This document shows, piece after piece, positions 41,089 to 49,313 of a stretch of DNA of 64,000 nt (position 1 is its first letter; every line of letters starts with the position of its first letter). The stretch is from an uncultured Candidatus Rokubacteria bacterium (GTDB lineage Bacteria > Methylomirabilota > Methylomirabilia > Rokubacteriales > DASRDR01): positions 64,001 to 128,000 of the forward strand of contig CAWGVS010000002.1 in NCBI GenBank assembly GCA_963826115.1, read 5' to 3'. The notes below the pieces were generated by a model that worked only from the letters and a program-made list of their open reading frames with translations, made no database searches and was not told the DNA's origin. Made by a program: the position numbers and the translations under genes.

Positions 41089-41164
41089 TGGTAGGCGGAG
41101 CAGGATTCGAACCTGCGACATCAGCCTTGTAAGGGCTGCGCTCTGTCCGCTGAGCTATCCGCCC
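41089..41164 (-). tRNA. tRNA-Val(TAC)
   Basis: GGGCGGATAGCTCAGCGGACAGAGCGCAGCCCTTACAAGGCTGATGTCGCAGGTTCGAATCCTGCTCCGCCTACCA; 76 nt cloverleaf, anticodon loop CTTACAA, encoded CCA. Confidence 0.96.
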
Positions 41165-41174
41165 GTGCCCAGGA

Positions 41175-41203
41175 AATCTAGCGAGTTACGCGGCGGCGGT
41201 CAA
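41175..41203 (-). promoter_or_regulatory. sigma70 promoter of tRNA-Val
   Basis: TTGACC-17bp-TAGATT ending 10 nt upstream of the tRNA 5' end. Confidence 0.75.
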
Positions 41204-41292
41204 CGTCGGCCATGGTGAGCCTCGCGCTCGGCCACCGGCCATGGTGACCACAATCGTGGGCGTCGGCGGGGTGATCCTGTACGATCCGGGCC

Positions 41293-42681
41293 GTGCGCGT
41301 GCACCTGATCACGGCCGAGTCGCCGGAGTCGCGACGCCTCCGCCGCGGCCGGCTCATCCAGTTTCCCCAGCTCACCATGCCGCTGATCGCGGCTCTCACG
41401 CCGCGCGAGCACGTGGTCACGCACACGGACGAGATCGTCGAGCCGGTGCGCTTCGACGTCCCGGCGGACCTGGTCGGGATCACCGCGCCGACGCCCTCCG
41501 CGCCGCACGCCTATCGCCTGGCCCGGGAATTCCGCCGCCGCGGCGTGCCGGTGGTCCTGGGCGGGCCGCACGCCACCGCGCTGCCCGAGGAGGCGGCGCG
41601 CCACGCCAGCGCCGTCGTCGTCGGAGAGGCCGAGGACACCTGGCCCCGGGTGCTGCACGATGCCGCCCGCGGAACGCTGGAGGCGGTCTACGTCTCGAGC
41701 CGGAAGGCCTCGCTGGCCGGCATGCCCGCCCCCCGCTGGGACCTCATCAAGGGACGCCGCTACGGAAAGGCCGTCACCATCGCGACGCGCGGGTGCCCCC
41801 ACCGCTGCGACTACTGCACGATCCCGCTCCTCTACGGCCCGGGAACCGTCCGCTACCGCCCCATCGACGAGGTCGTCCGGGAGGTGGCCGCGAGCCCCAC
41901 GCGGGCGGTGGTGTTCTGGGACGACAACATCGGCGCGAACCCGCGCTATGCGAAGGCGCTGTTCCGGGCGCTCACGCCGCTCCGGAAGTGGTGGACGAGC
42001 CAGTGCACGGCCAACGCCGCGCGGGATGAGGAGCTCGTCGCGCTGGCCGCGCGGAGCGGCTGCAAGGCGCTGTTCCTGGGCCTGGAGTCGATCTCCCAGG
42101 AGAGCCTCGAGGGCACGAACAAGGCGCACAACCGGGTCGACGACTACCACCGGCTCATCAGGAGCCTGCACCGCCTGGGGATCGCGGTCCACCTGGGGAT
42201 CATGTTCGGCTTCGACCAGGACGACGCCGGGATCTTCCGGCGCACGGCGGACTTCCTCGACGAGGCCTGCGTGGACGTCGCCACGGTGAGCATGGTGGTG
42301 CCCATGCCGGGGACGCCGACCTTCCGGCGCCTCCACGCCGAGGGACGGATCCTGACCGCCGACTGGTCGCGATACGACGGGAAGAAGCACTGCGTCTTCG
42401 AGCCCGCCCGCATGTCGCCGGCGGAGCTGGAGGCCGGGACGGAGTGGGTCGCTCGCCGCTTCTACTCGCCGCGCTCGATCGCCCGGCGCCTCGCCGGCTC
42501 GCGCGCGGGCGTCTGGTGGAATCTCCCGCGGAACGTGGGCTACATGATCGCCGACCGGTTGAACGCGCGACCAGCGTGGGACCCCGGCCGGGGGCGCACA
42601 CCGCGGGCGAGCGACGAAGCGCCGGCCGCAGGCGTCGACGGCCAGGCGCCGCGCGTCATGTCGTTACCTTCGCGCTCCTAG
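41293..42681 (+). CDS. B12-binding radical SAM protein
   Basis: VVLGGPHAT, VVGEAE, TRGCPHRCDYC (CxxxCxxC), FWDDN, LGLES, PMPGTP. Confidence 0.92.
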   Translation: MRVHLITAESPESRRLRRGRLIQFPQLTMPLIAALTPREHVVTHTDEIVEPVRFDVPADLVGITAPTPSAPHAYRLAREFRRRGVPVVLGGPHATALPEEAARHASAVVVGEAEDTWPRVLHDAARGTLEAVYVSSRKASLAGMPAPRWDLIKGRRYGKAVTIATRGCPHRCDYCTIPLLYGPGTVRYRPIDEVVREVAASPTRAVVFWDDNIGANPRYAKALFRALTPLRKWWTSQCTANAARDEELVALAARSGCKALFLGLESISQESLEGTNKAHNRVDDYHRLIRSLHRLGIAVHLGIMFGFDQDDAGIFRRTADFLDEACVDVATVSMVVPMPGTPTFRRLHAEGRILTADWSRYDGKKHCVFEPARMSPAELEAGTEWVARRFYSPRSIARRLAGSRAGVWWNLPRNVGYMIADRLNARPAWDPGRGRTPRASDEAPAAGVDGQAPRVMSLPSRS

Positions 42682-43874
42682 GCGCGGATCTCTTCCTCCC
42701 GCTCGATCTTGCCCGGGTCGAGCGCCATGTTGGCGCCGGGCGCGTCGGGGAGGTGGATGAGCCCGTTCACCGGGCGGAGCGGGTGCTTCAGGAAGTGCAT
42801 GTTGATGTCGTTCCACTTCGCCAGATACTCCTGGTACGGGGTGTGGATCGGCGATTGCGTCACCGAGAAGTGGATGGTCATCGGCGTCGAGTGTCCGTGG
42901 GGAATCGTGATCAGGTCGTGGGCGGTCGCGCAGGCCGCGATCTTCAGCGTCTCCGAGAGACCGCCGCACCAGTAGATGTCCGGCTGGAGGACGTCCAGGG
43001 CGTCCCGGTCGAGGAAGCGCTTGAAGCCCCAGCGCGTGTACTCGTGCTCGGCGCCCGACAGCGGGATCCGCGTCTTGGCCTTGAGCTTCACGTAGCTGTC
43101 GACGCGGTCGGGCATGAAGGCCTCTTCGAGCCAGCGCGGCCGGTATTCCTCGATCCGCTCGCAGAGGTCGACGGCGTAGTCGAAGCTCATGCTCTGCCAG
43201 CAATCCAGCATGATCGGGTAGCCGTCGCCGAGCGTCTCGCGGAGGGCCCGGACCAGCGCGACGTTCTTCGCGAGGCCCTCGGGCCCGCTCATCGGCCCGT
43301 GCCGGAAGAACCACTTCTGGGCCGGGTAGCCCAGCTCGCGATACCGGAGGGCGCGCTCGCGAACCTTGCCGAGATCCTCGACCGCGTACCCCAGCATGCT
43401 GGCGTAGGCCGGCACCTCGGTGCGCGTGGGTCCACCGAGGAGGCGCCAGATCGGCTGGCCCAAGGCCTGTCCCTTGATGTCCCAGAGGGCGCAGTCGACC
43501 GCGGAGATCGCGATCATGGCGTCGCCCTGGCGCCCGTGCACCTGGAAGCGGTGCATCTGATCCCAGAGGCGCTCGGTGGCGTGCGGATCCTGGCCCAGGA
43601 GAAGGTGGGCGAGCTGCGTCAGGACGAGCCGGGCGGGATCGGGCCAGAGCGGCCCGGCGATGCCGCTGATCCCCTCGTCGGTCGAGATCTCCAGGAACTC
43701 CTGCGTGGTGCGGAAATGCCGATCGTCGATCTGCTCGCCGCCGGCGGTCCGCCAGGGATCGCGTCGATGCTCCGGGTAGACGTCGATCGGGCGGACCAGG
43801 CGGTCCTCCCACATGGGGCCGTCGGTCGACAGGGTACCGGTGAGCCGCCGCACCCTGAGGCTCCGGATCTTCAT
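42678..43874 (-). CDS. Mandelate racemase/enolase-superfamily acid-sugar dehydratase
   Basis: AISAVDCALWDIKG, IMLDCW, WLEE, GAEHEYT, QPDIYWCGG, IPHG. Confidence 0.9.
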   Translation of the reverse strand: MKIRSLRVRRLTGTLSTDGPMWEDRLVRPIDVYPEHRRDPWRTAGGEQIDDRHFRTTQEFLEISTDEGISGIAGPLWPDPARLVLTQLAHLLLGQDPHATERLWDQMHRFQVHGRQGDAMIAISAVDCALWDIKGQALGQPIWRLLGGPTRTEVPAYASMLGYAVEDLGKVRERALRYRELGYPAQKWFFRHGPMSGPEGLAKNVALVRALRETLGDGYPIMLDCWQSMSFDYAVDLCERIEEYRPRWLEEAFMPDRVDSYVKLKAKTRIPLSGAEHEYTRWGFKRFLDRDALDVLQPDIYWCGGLSETLKIAACATAHDLITIPHGHSTPMTIHFSVTQSPIHTPYQEYLAKWNDINMHFLKHPLRPVNGLIHLPDAPGANMALDPGKIEREEEIRA

Positions 43875-44002
43875 GGCCGCACCGGGTGGCGTCCGTCCAT
43901 CACGTCATCCTCCCCCGCGCGAGCGCGGCCGGCGGGATCGTCGGGTCGAGAGCGGAGAGTACACGGCAGCCTCCTGGCCGCCGAGTTATTCGCCCGCCTG
44001 GA

Positions 44003-44031
44003 AACCTACGAGGTCACGGGACGCGCGTCAA
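44003..44031 (-). promoter_or_regulatory. sigma70-type promoter upstream of the dehydratase leader
   Basis: TTGACG-17bp-TAGGTT on the minus strand. Confidence 0.6.
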
Positions 44032-44080
44032 TCAGCGGGGGCACGCAGCGGGGCGCGCGACCGGGCGCGGCCGCCGGGCG

Positions 44081-44299
44081 TCAGCGCGACGGCGCGGGGT
44101 GTCGCATGCGCGACTGGAGCGCGGCGACGACCTCGAGGCAGTCGTCGTCCACGAGGACCTGCGCGGTCCGCGCGCCCAGCGGGCGCTCGAAGCGTATCAG
44201 GCCGCCGTCCTCGTAGAGGGCCCAGCCCGGTCGGCGGCAGTCGAGGTAGTCGTCGGGGTCGAAGGCGAGCTGCCTCCGGGAGACCGTTGCGGCGGTCAT
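44081..44299 (-). CDS. Small hypothetical protein (72 aa)
   Basis: MTAATVSRRQLAFDPDDYLDCRRPGWALYEDGGLIRFERP...; ATGA overlap with dcd-like stop; normal codon bias. Confidence 0.6.
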   Translation of the reverse strand: MTAATVSRRQLAFDPDDYLDCRRPGWALYEDGGLIRFERPLGARTAQVLVDDDCLEVVAALQSRMRHPAPSR

Positions 44300-44781
44300 C
44301 GGCGGCGCGCCTCGGCGGCGGACCCGGGCTCCCCGCGATGCGGTCGCACCGCCGGCTGGTCGAGCGAGTGGACGACGAGCTGGGCGAGGCGCATCCCGCA
44401 CTCGATCCGGACCGGCGTGTGGCGCGTGACGTTGCGGAGCTCGAGCGTCGCGACGCCGCACCAGCCGGGCTCGAGCCACGCGGTCATCGATTGCGCAAGG
44501 CCGTGGCTCTCCTTCGAGCTCTTGAGCGTGAGCTCGGCCGCATAGCCGCTCGGCACGGTCAGCCACTCGAGCGTCGGCACCATCGCGAGCTCTCCCGGCC
44601 TGAGCTCGACGGGCCCTGCGGTGAGGTCCACGGGCCGGAACTCTCCGGGGCCGACCTCGAGGAGCATCTCCCGCCCCACGCGCACGTCGATCGACGCGGG
44701 ATTGACCAGGTCGGGATCGGGCGCCGGGTCGCGGACGAGGTCGTTCAGGAGCTTCCAGAGGGACAGGTCGCCCAGCACCAT
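44296..44781 (-). CDS. dCTP deaminase-like protein (divergent)
   Basis: VNPASIDVRVG, TLEWLTVP, LKSS, EPGWCG.ATLELRN, GMRLAQL; GGAGG SD. Confidence 0.8.
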   Translation of the reverse strand: MVLGDLSLWKLLNDLVRDPAPDPDLVNPASIDVRVGREMLLEVGPGEFRPVDLTAGPVELRPGELAMVPTLEWLTVPSGYAAELTLKSSKESHGLAQSMTAWLEPGWCGVATLELRNVTRHTPVRIECGMRLAQLVVHSLDQPAVRPHRGEPGSAAEARRR

Positions 44782-45042
44782 GCTCGCCTCCCACCCCGGA
44801 TCGAGGCAAGGCCTGTGCCAGCGGAGGCACGGGCGACACCCACGGCCGGGGACTCAGGCCCGACGGTCCGTCCGGTCGATCCGGCCTGTAGAGTCAAGAG
44901 GTTGAGCCCTGTCTGGCTCTGCCGGCGGACAGTGCTCCGGGCGTGACACCCGTGACGCGTTGACGCGTGGCCGGCCAAACGACCCAATCTTGACGCGCCC
45001 GGGTCGATCCTCGGCCATCTACCCCGGCGTCCGTCCGCGCGG

Positions 45043-45462
45043 TCAGAGCGCCTTGCGGAAGAAGAGCCGCCGCGATCCCGCCGGCCAGCCCGGCAGGTCG
45101 CCGATCTGCTCGTAGCCGAGGCGGCGGTAGAAACCGGGCGCCTGGTAGGCGTGGGTGTCGAGCTGCATCTCCCGGCAGCCGCGGCCAGCAGCCTCCCGCT
45201 CGGCCGCCTCGAGGAGCCGCGCCCCGAGTCCCTGACCCCGGAGGTCCTCCCGGACCCACAGCGTTCGCACGAAGCCAGTGCCGCCCCAGGTCCATCCGTG
45301 GAGGCCGGCCGTGACGGCGCCGGCGGCGTCACGCACGAAGATCGCGAGCCAGCGCCCGTCATCGCAGCCGGTCACCGCCGCGCTGTGACGGTAGAGGTGC
45401 TCGCCGAGCGCCGCCACCTCTTCCAGGCGCGGCTCCGACTCGATCCGGAGATCCTCGTCCAT
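45043..45462 (-). CDS. GNAT family N-acetyltransferase
   Basis: LWVREDLRGQGLGARLL, LDTHAYQAPGFYRRLGY. Confidence 0.92.
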   Translation of the reverse strand: MDEDLRIESEPRLEEVAALGEHLYRHSAAVTGCDDGRWLAIFVRDAAGAVTAGLHGWTWGGTGFVRTLWVREDLRGQGLGARLLEAAEREAAGRGCREMQLDTHAYQAPGFYRRLGYEQIGDLPGWPAGSRRLFFRKAL

Positions 45463-45498
45463 GACCGCCTCCCTGGCTCGGCCGCGGCCGCGCGCGGG

Positions 45499-45990
45499 TC
45501 AGGCCTGGCCGCGCTCCGGCTCGAACGCCCGGACCGACGCCTCCTGGACGTGGTTCCGGAAGGCGATCGGGTCGTGCACCCGGAGGAAGACCTCGCGCGC
45601 GCCGCCGGTGCCGGTGACGACCAGGTCGCCGTAGTTGAAGAGGCGCCCGAGGAGCTTCTGCTGGACGCCGATCGACTCCACCTTGCCGAGAAGGAGCTCG
45701 GTCGTGTACCGGGCCACGATCCCGACCTTGAAGATGAGCCGCGTGGTCGTGACCGCGAACTCCGAGGTCAGAAGCTCGATGGTGTGGATCCCGCTCCAGG
45801 CGAGACCGGCGACGATCACGAGGAGCGTGAGGTACCAGATCCACTCGATCCGCGTGAGGGCGCCGACCGCCACGGTCAGCACGAGCGCGAAGAGCGTCAT
45901 CAGGACGGGCCGCGCGAACAGGATCCAGTGGAGGCGGGTCTTGTAGATCACCCGCTCGTTCGGCAGGAGATGGCGCTCGACGTACCCCAC
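45499..45990 (-). CDS. Membrane-anchored bacterial PH-domain (bPH_2) protein
   Basis: MGYVERHLLPNE, two TM, EFAVTTTRLIFKVG, VESIGVQQ..LGRLFNYGD. Confidence 0.88.
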   Translation of the reverse strand: MGYVERHLLPNERVIYKTRLHWILFARPVLMTLFALVLTVAVGALTRIEWIWYLTLLVIVAGLAWSGIHTIELLTSEFAVTTTRLIFKVGIVARYTTELLLGKVESIGVQQKLLGRLFNYGDLVVTGTGGAREVFLRVHDPIAFRNHVQEASVRAFEPERGQA

Positions 45991-46079
45991 GGCTCGCTCC
46001 TCCGGCGCCCGACCGCGAGCGGGCCGCCGGGCGCGAGGATAGCCCGGGCCGCGCCGCGCGGCAACGCGCGCGGCCAGCG

Positions 46080-46152
46080 CGTCGACCTCACCACCTGATG
46101 GGCGGACATTTTCACGGCGCAGTTAGACGGACATTTCTACTCGACAGCGACA
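46080..46152. mobile_element. 73-bp IS1202/ISNCY-family end remnant flanked by long direct repeats
   Basis: Two CGGACATTT motifs (46103, 46128), terminal ...GACA, perfect 18-bp direct repeat ACGCGCGCGGCCAGCGCG at 46064-46081 and 46152-46169. Confidence 0.75.
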
Positions 46153-46264
46153 CGCGCGCGGCCAGCGCGCCGCGCGGGCACGCGCGCCTCGACCCCCGGA
46201 GAGCCGCGTGCTAGCATTCCTTCGCTTCGCCCATCTTCCGCTCGCTCGAGGAGGTCACTCCGCG

Positions 46265-47386
46265 ATGGCCCGCACCGGCAAGGCCGCCGTGTTCCACGGT
46301 CCGGGGAAGCCGTTCGAGCTCCGCGAGCTCGCGCTCCCCGAGCTCGAGCCCGGCGCCGTCCTCGTCCGCGTGACGCTCGCCAACATCTGCGGCTCGGACC
46401 TCCACTTCTGGCGCGGGGACGCGCCGCTGGCGCTCCCGCCCGACGGCTGGATCTTCGGCCACGAGATGACGGGCCGCGTGGCGGGGCTCGGCGCCGGCGT
46501 CACGACCGACTCGCTCGGGCAGCCGCTCCGCGAGGGCGACCGCGTCGCGTACTGCTACTTCTACCCGTGCGGCCGCTGCTACGTGTGCCTCCACGGCCAG
46601 CGGGCCGCCTGCCCCCAGAAGGTCGGGCGCGCGACGGGCCCGGGCGAGTTCCCGCACTGGGTCGGCGCGTTCGCCGAGTACTACTACATCCGCCCCGGCG
46701 GCTTCGTCTTCCGCGTCCCCGACGACCTGCCGGATTCGCTCGTCTCCCCCGTGAACTGCGCGCTCTCGCAGGTTCTCTTCGGGCTCACGCGCGCCGGGCT
46801 CGGGTTCGGCGAGAGCGTGGTCATCCAGGGCGCGGGCGGCCTCGGGATCCAGGCGGTGGCCGTGGCGAAGGAGATGGGGGCGGGCACGGTGATCGTGATC
46901 GACCAGCTCGCCGAGCGGCTCGCGCTCGCCCGCGCGTTCGGCGCCGACCACACGCTCCACCTCGGCGAGGTCCCCGACCGGCGGGCGCGGATCAAGCAGG
47001 TGCGGGACTGGACGGGCGGCCGGGGCGCGGACCTCGCCTGCGACTTCGTGGGCTTCCCGCCGGTCGTGCCCGAGGGCGTCGAGATGCTGCGCTACGGCGG
47101 GCGCTACCTCGAGATCGGCTGCATCAGCCGGGGGCGCACGGTCGAGTTCGACCCCTCCGCGCTCGTCTGGGGATCGAAGTCGATCCTCGGCGTCGTGATG
47201 TACGACCCATGGGTCATCCCGCGGGCGCTCGAGTTCCTGCAGCGGTCACGCGCCCGCTATCCGTTCGATCGGCTCGTCTCCCACACGTATCCCCTCGACC
47301 GGATCGACGAGGCCTTCCGGGACGCCGAGTGGTACAACCGCGAGGCGGTCCCCAGCCGGATCACCCGCGCCGCGCTGGCGCCGTAG
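46265..47386 (+). CDS. Zinc-binding MDR-family alcohol dehydrogenase
   Basis: ICGSDLH, FGHE, CGRCYVC..C, QGAGGLG; GAGGAGG SD. Confidence 0.93.
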   Translation: MARTGKAAVFHGPGKPFELRELALPELEPGAVLVRVTLANICGSDLHFWRGDAPLALPPDGWIFGHEMTGRVAGLGAGVTTDSLGQPLREGDRVAYCYFYPCGRCYVCLHGQRAACPQKVGRATGPGEFPHWVGAFAEYYYIRPGGFVFRVPDDLPDSLVSPVNCALSQVLFGLTRAGLGFGESVVIQGAGGLGIQAVAVAKEMGAGTVIVIDQLAERLALARAFGADHTLHLGEVPDRRARIKQVRDWTGGRGADLACDFVGFPPVVPEGVEMLRYGGRYLEIGCISRGRTVEFDPSALVWGSKSILGVVMYDPWVIPRALEFLQRSRARYPFDRLVSHTYPLDRIDEAFRDAEWYNREAVPSRITRAALAP

Positions 47387-47415
47387 CCCACCGGCACGCT
47401 CCGGCCCCCGGCCCG

Positions 47416-48582
47416 ATGACCGCCCGGCTGGTCCCGATCGGTCTCATCACGTTCGTCTTCAACCTGGGCGGCGGCCTGATCGCGCCGGCCTTGCCGCTCT
47501 ACGCGCGAGCGCTCGGCGCCGACTACCGGGACCTCGGCCTCATCGGCGCGAGCCACGGGCTCGCGTTCGCCCTCCTCACCATCCCGCTCGGGCGGGCGTC
47601 GGACCGCGTGGGCCGGCGGGCGATCCTCCTCGTGTCCGGGATCGGCGTGGGGGCGGCGGCCGTCGTCTACCTCGTGGCCGGCGGCGTCGCGGGCCTCGCC
47701 GCCGGGAAGCTCCTCGAGGCCGCCGCGTGGGCCGCGTTCTGGCCGACGCTCGAAGCCTGGATCGCCGAGCGCTTCGGCGAGCGGGCGGGCGCGGCCATGG
47801 GCGTCGCCTACGGCGCCTACGCGGCGGCCTTCGTCGTGGGGAGCTCCCTCGGGGGCTTCGTGATCGAGAGCTTCGGCCTCCGCGCGCCGTTCGCGCTCTA
47901 CATCGCGACGTCGGCCCTGTCGGTGCTCCTCGTGGCCGTCCTCGCCGGCGGCCAGACCGGGGATCCGGAGGTCGCCCGCCACGGCGTGGCGGTGACGCCC
48001 CGGATCGTCACCACCCAGCCCGCGCTGGCCCGGACCCGGCGTGGGCTCGCCTACCTGACGGGGTTCGTCTACGTCTACGGGCTCGGCACCGTGCTCGCGT
48101 TCCTCCCCGCCTTCGGCGCGGACCGGGCACTCTCGCCGCGCGGCGTGGGGCTCCTGATCGCGTCCTACTGGATCGCGCGCGTCGTCGGCTCGCTCGGCGC
48201 CGGCCGCGTCTCCGACACGGTCGGCCGGCGCCTCGTGCTCGTCCCCGCGATGCTCGTCATGACGGCCGGGACAGGACTCCTCGTCGCGCCGTTCGGCTTC
48301 GGGACGCTCTTCCTCGGCGCCGTGGCGCTCGGCCTCGCGGCCGGCGCCTCGGCGCCGACCTGCGTCGGCCTCATCGCGGACCACGTGAGCGCCGAGCAGC
48401 GGGGGACCGCCATGGGCCTCTTCGAGGCCGCCTGCGGCGTCTCCATCCTGGCGTCGGGGCTCGTGGGCGGATTCGCCGCGGAGGGGCTCGGCGGAGAGGC
48501 GCCGTACGTCATCGTGGGGCTCCTCGCCCTCGTCTGGGCGGGCGTGCTCGTCCGCCGCCTGCGTCCGGCCGCCTCCGCCTGA
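47416..48582 (+). CDS. MFS transporter
   Basis: GRASDRVGRR and GRVSDTVGRR motif A copies; about 12 TM. Confidence 0.9.
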   Translation: MTARLVPIGLITFVFNLGGGLIAPALPLYARALGADYRDLGLIGASHGLAFALLTIPLGRASDRVGRRAILLVSGIGVGAAAVVYLVAGGVAGLAAGKLLEAAAWAAFWPTLEAWIAERFGERAGAAMGVAYGAYAAAFVVGSSLGGFVIESFGLRAPFALYIATSALSVLLVAVLAGGQTGDPEVARHGVAVTPRIVTTQPALARTRRGLAYLTGFVYVYGLGTVLAFLPAFGADRALSPRGVGLLIASYWIARVVGSLGAGRVSDTVGRRLVLVPAMLVMTAGTGLLVAPFGFGTLFLGAVALGLAAGASAPTCVGLIADHVSAEQRGTAMGLFEAACGVSILASGLVGGFAAEGLGGEAPYVIVGLLALVWAGVLVRRLRPAASA

Positions 48583-48716
48583 TCGTACTGGTCCGGCACC
48601 GCCCCGTCTGATCGGAGAGACGCCGCCGGACCACGCGCCGTCGGGGGGGCGCGTCGATTCGCGGTTTTGCCGGTCGGTCCGCGGGTGGCACGCTCGCTGC
48701 TCCTCCCGCGAAGACC

Positions 48717-49313
48717 ATGGACGCACGCCGGTGGCGTCGGCGCCTTCTCCGGCCGGCCCGACGGATCCTCCGTCGGGCCGCGTGGGCGGTCGCGGCCGCG
48801 GGCCAGCGGCTCGCCGAGCGGCTGGCCTATCGACCGCGCGAGGTCGTGGTGGTCGCGCTCCTCGCGGCCGGGCTCTTCGGCGGCCTCGCGATCGAGCGCG
48901 GGCGCGCCCGCCATCCCGCGATCGCGGAGCGGCTGGAGACGGAGCCCGCGCGACCGACCGCCGCGCCGCCAGTGCTCGCCGGGCCGCGAAGCCGCCCGCG
49001 CGCCGTCGCGTCCCGCTGCGAGGCGCCGGACGCGCGACCCGGGCGCGACCCCTGGCCCCTGACGGTCCGCCCGGCGCCGCGCCTCGATCTGAACCGCGCG
49101 ACGCCGGCGGAGCTCGCACGCGTGGCCGGCATCAGCTGGCGGCTCGCGGCGCGGATCGTCGCCGCGCGGGACGCCTTCGAGGGACGCGAGGTCCCCGCAG
49201 CTCCGTCCGACGAGGCGGCGGCGGAGGTCCCCTCCGCGCCGGCCGACGCGGCGCCCGAGCCCGCCCCGTCCCCACCGGACTCGGCGCCGCCGGCGGACGC
49301 GGAGCCGTCCTGA
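48717..49313 (+). CDS. comEA: ComEA-like helix-hairpin-helix protein
   Basis: One TM, then LDLNRATPAELARVAGISWRLAARIVAAR; directly upstream of comEC. Confidence 0.7.
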   Translation: MDARRWRRRLLRPARRILRRAAWAVAAAGQRLAERLAYRPREVVVVALLAAGLFGGLAIERGRARHPAIAERLETEPARPTAAPPVLAGPRSRPRAVASRCEAPDARPGRDPWPLTVRPAPRLDLNRATPAELARVAGISWRLAARIVAARDAFEGREVPAAPSDEAAAEVPSAPADAAPEPAPSPPDSAPPADAEPS

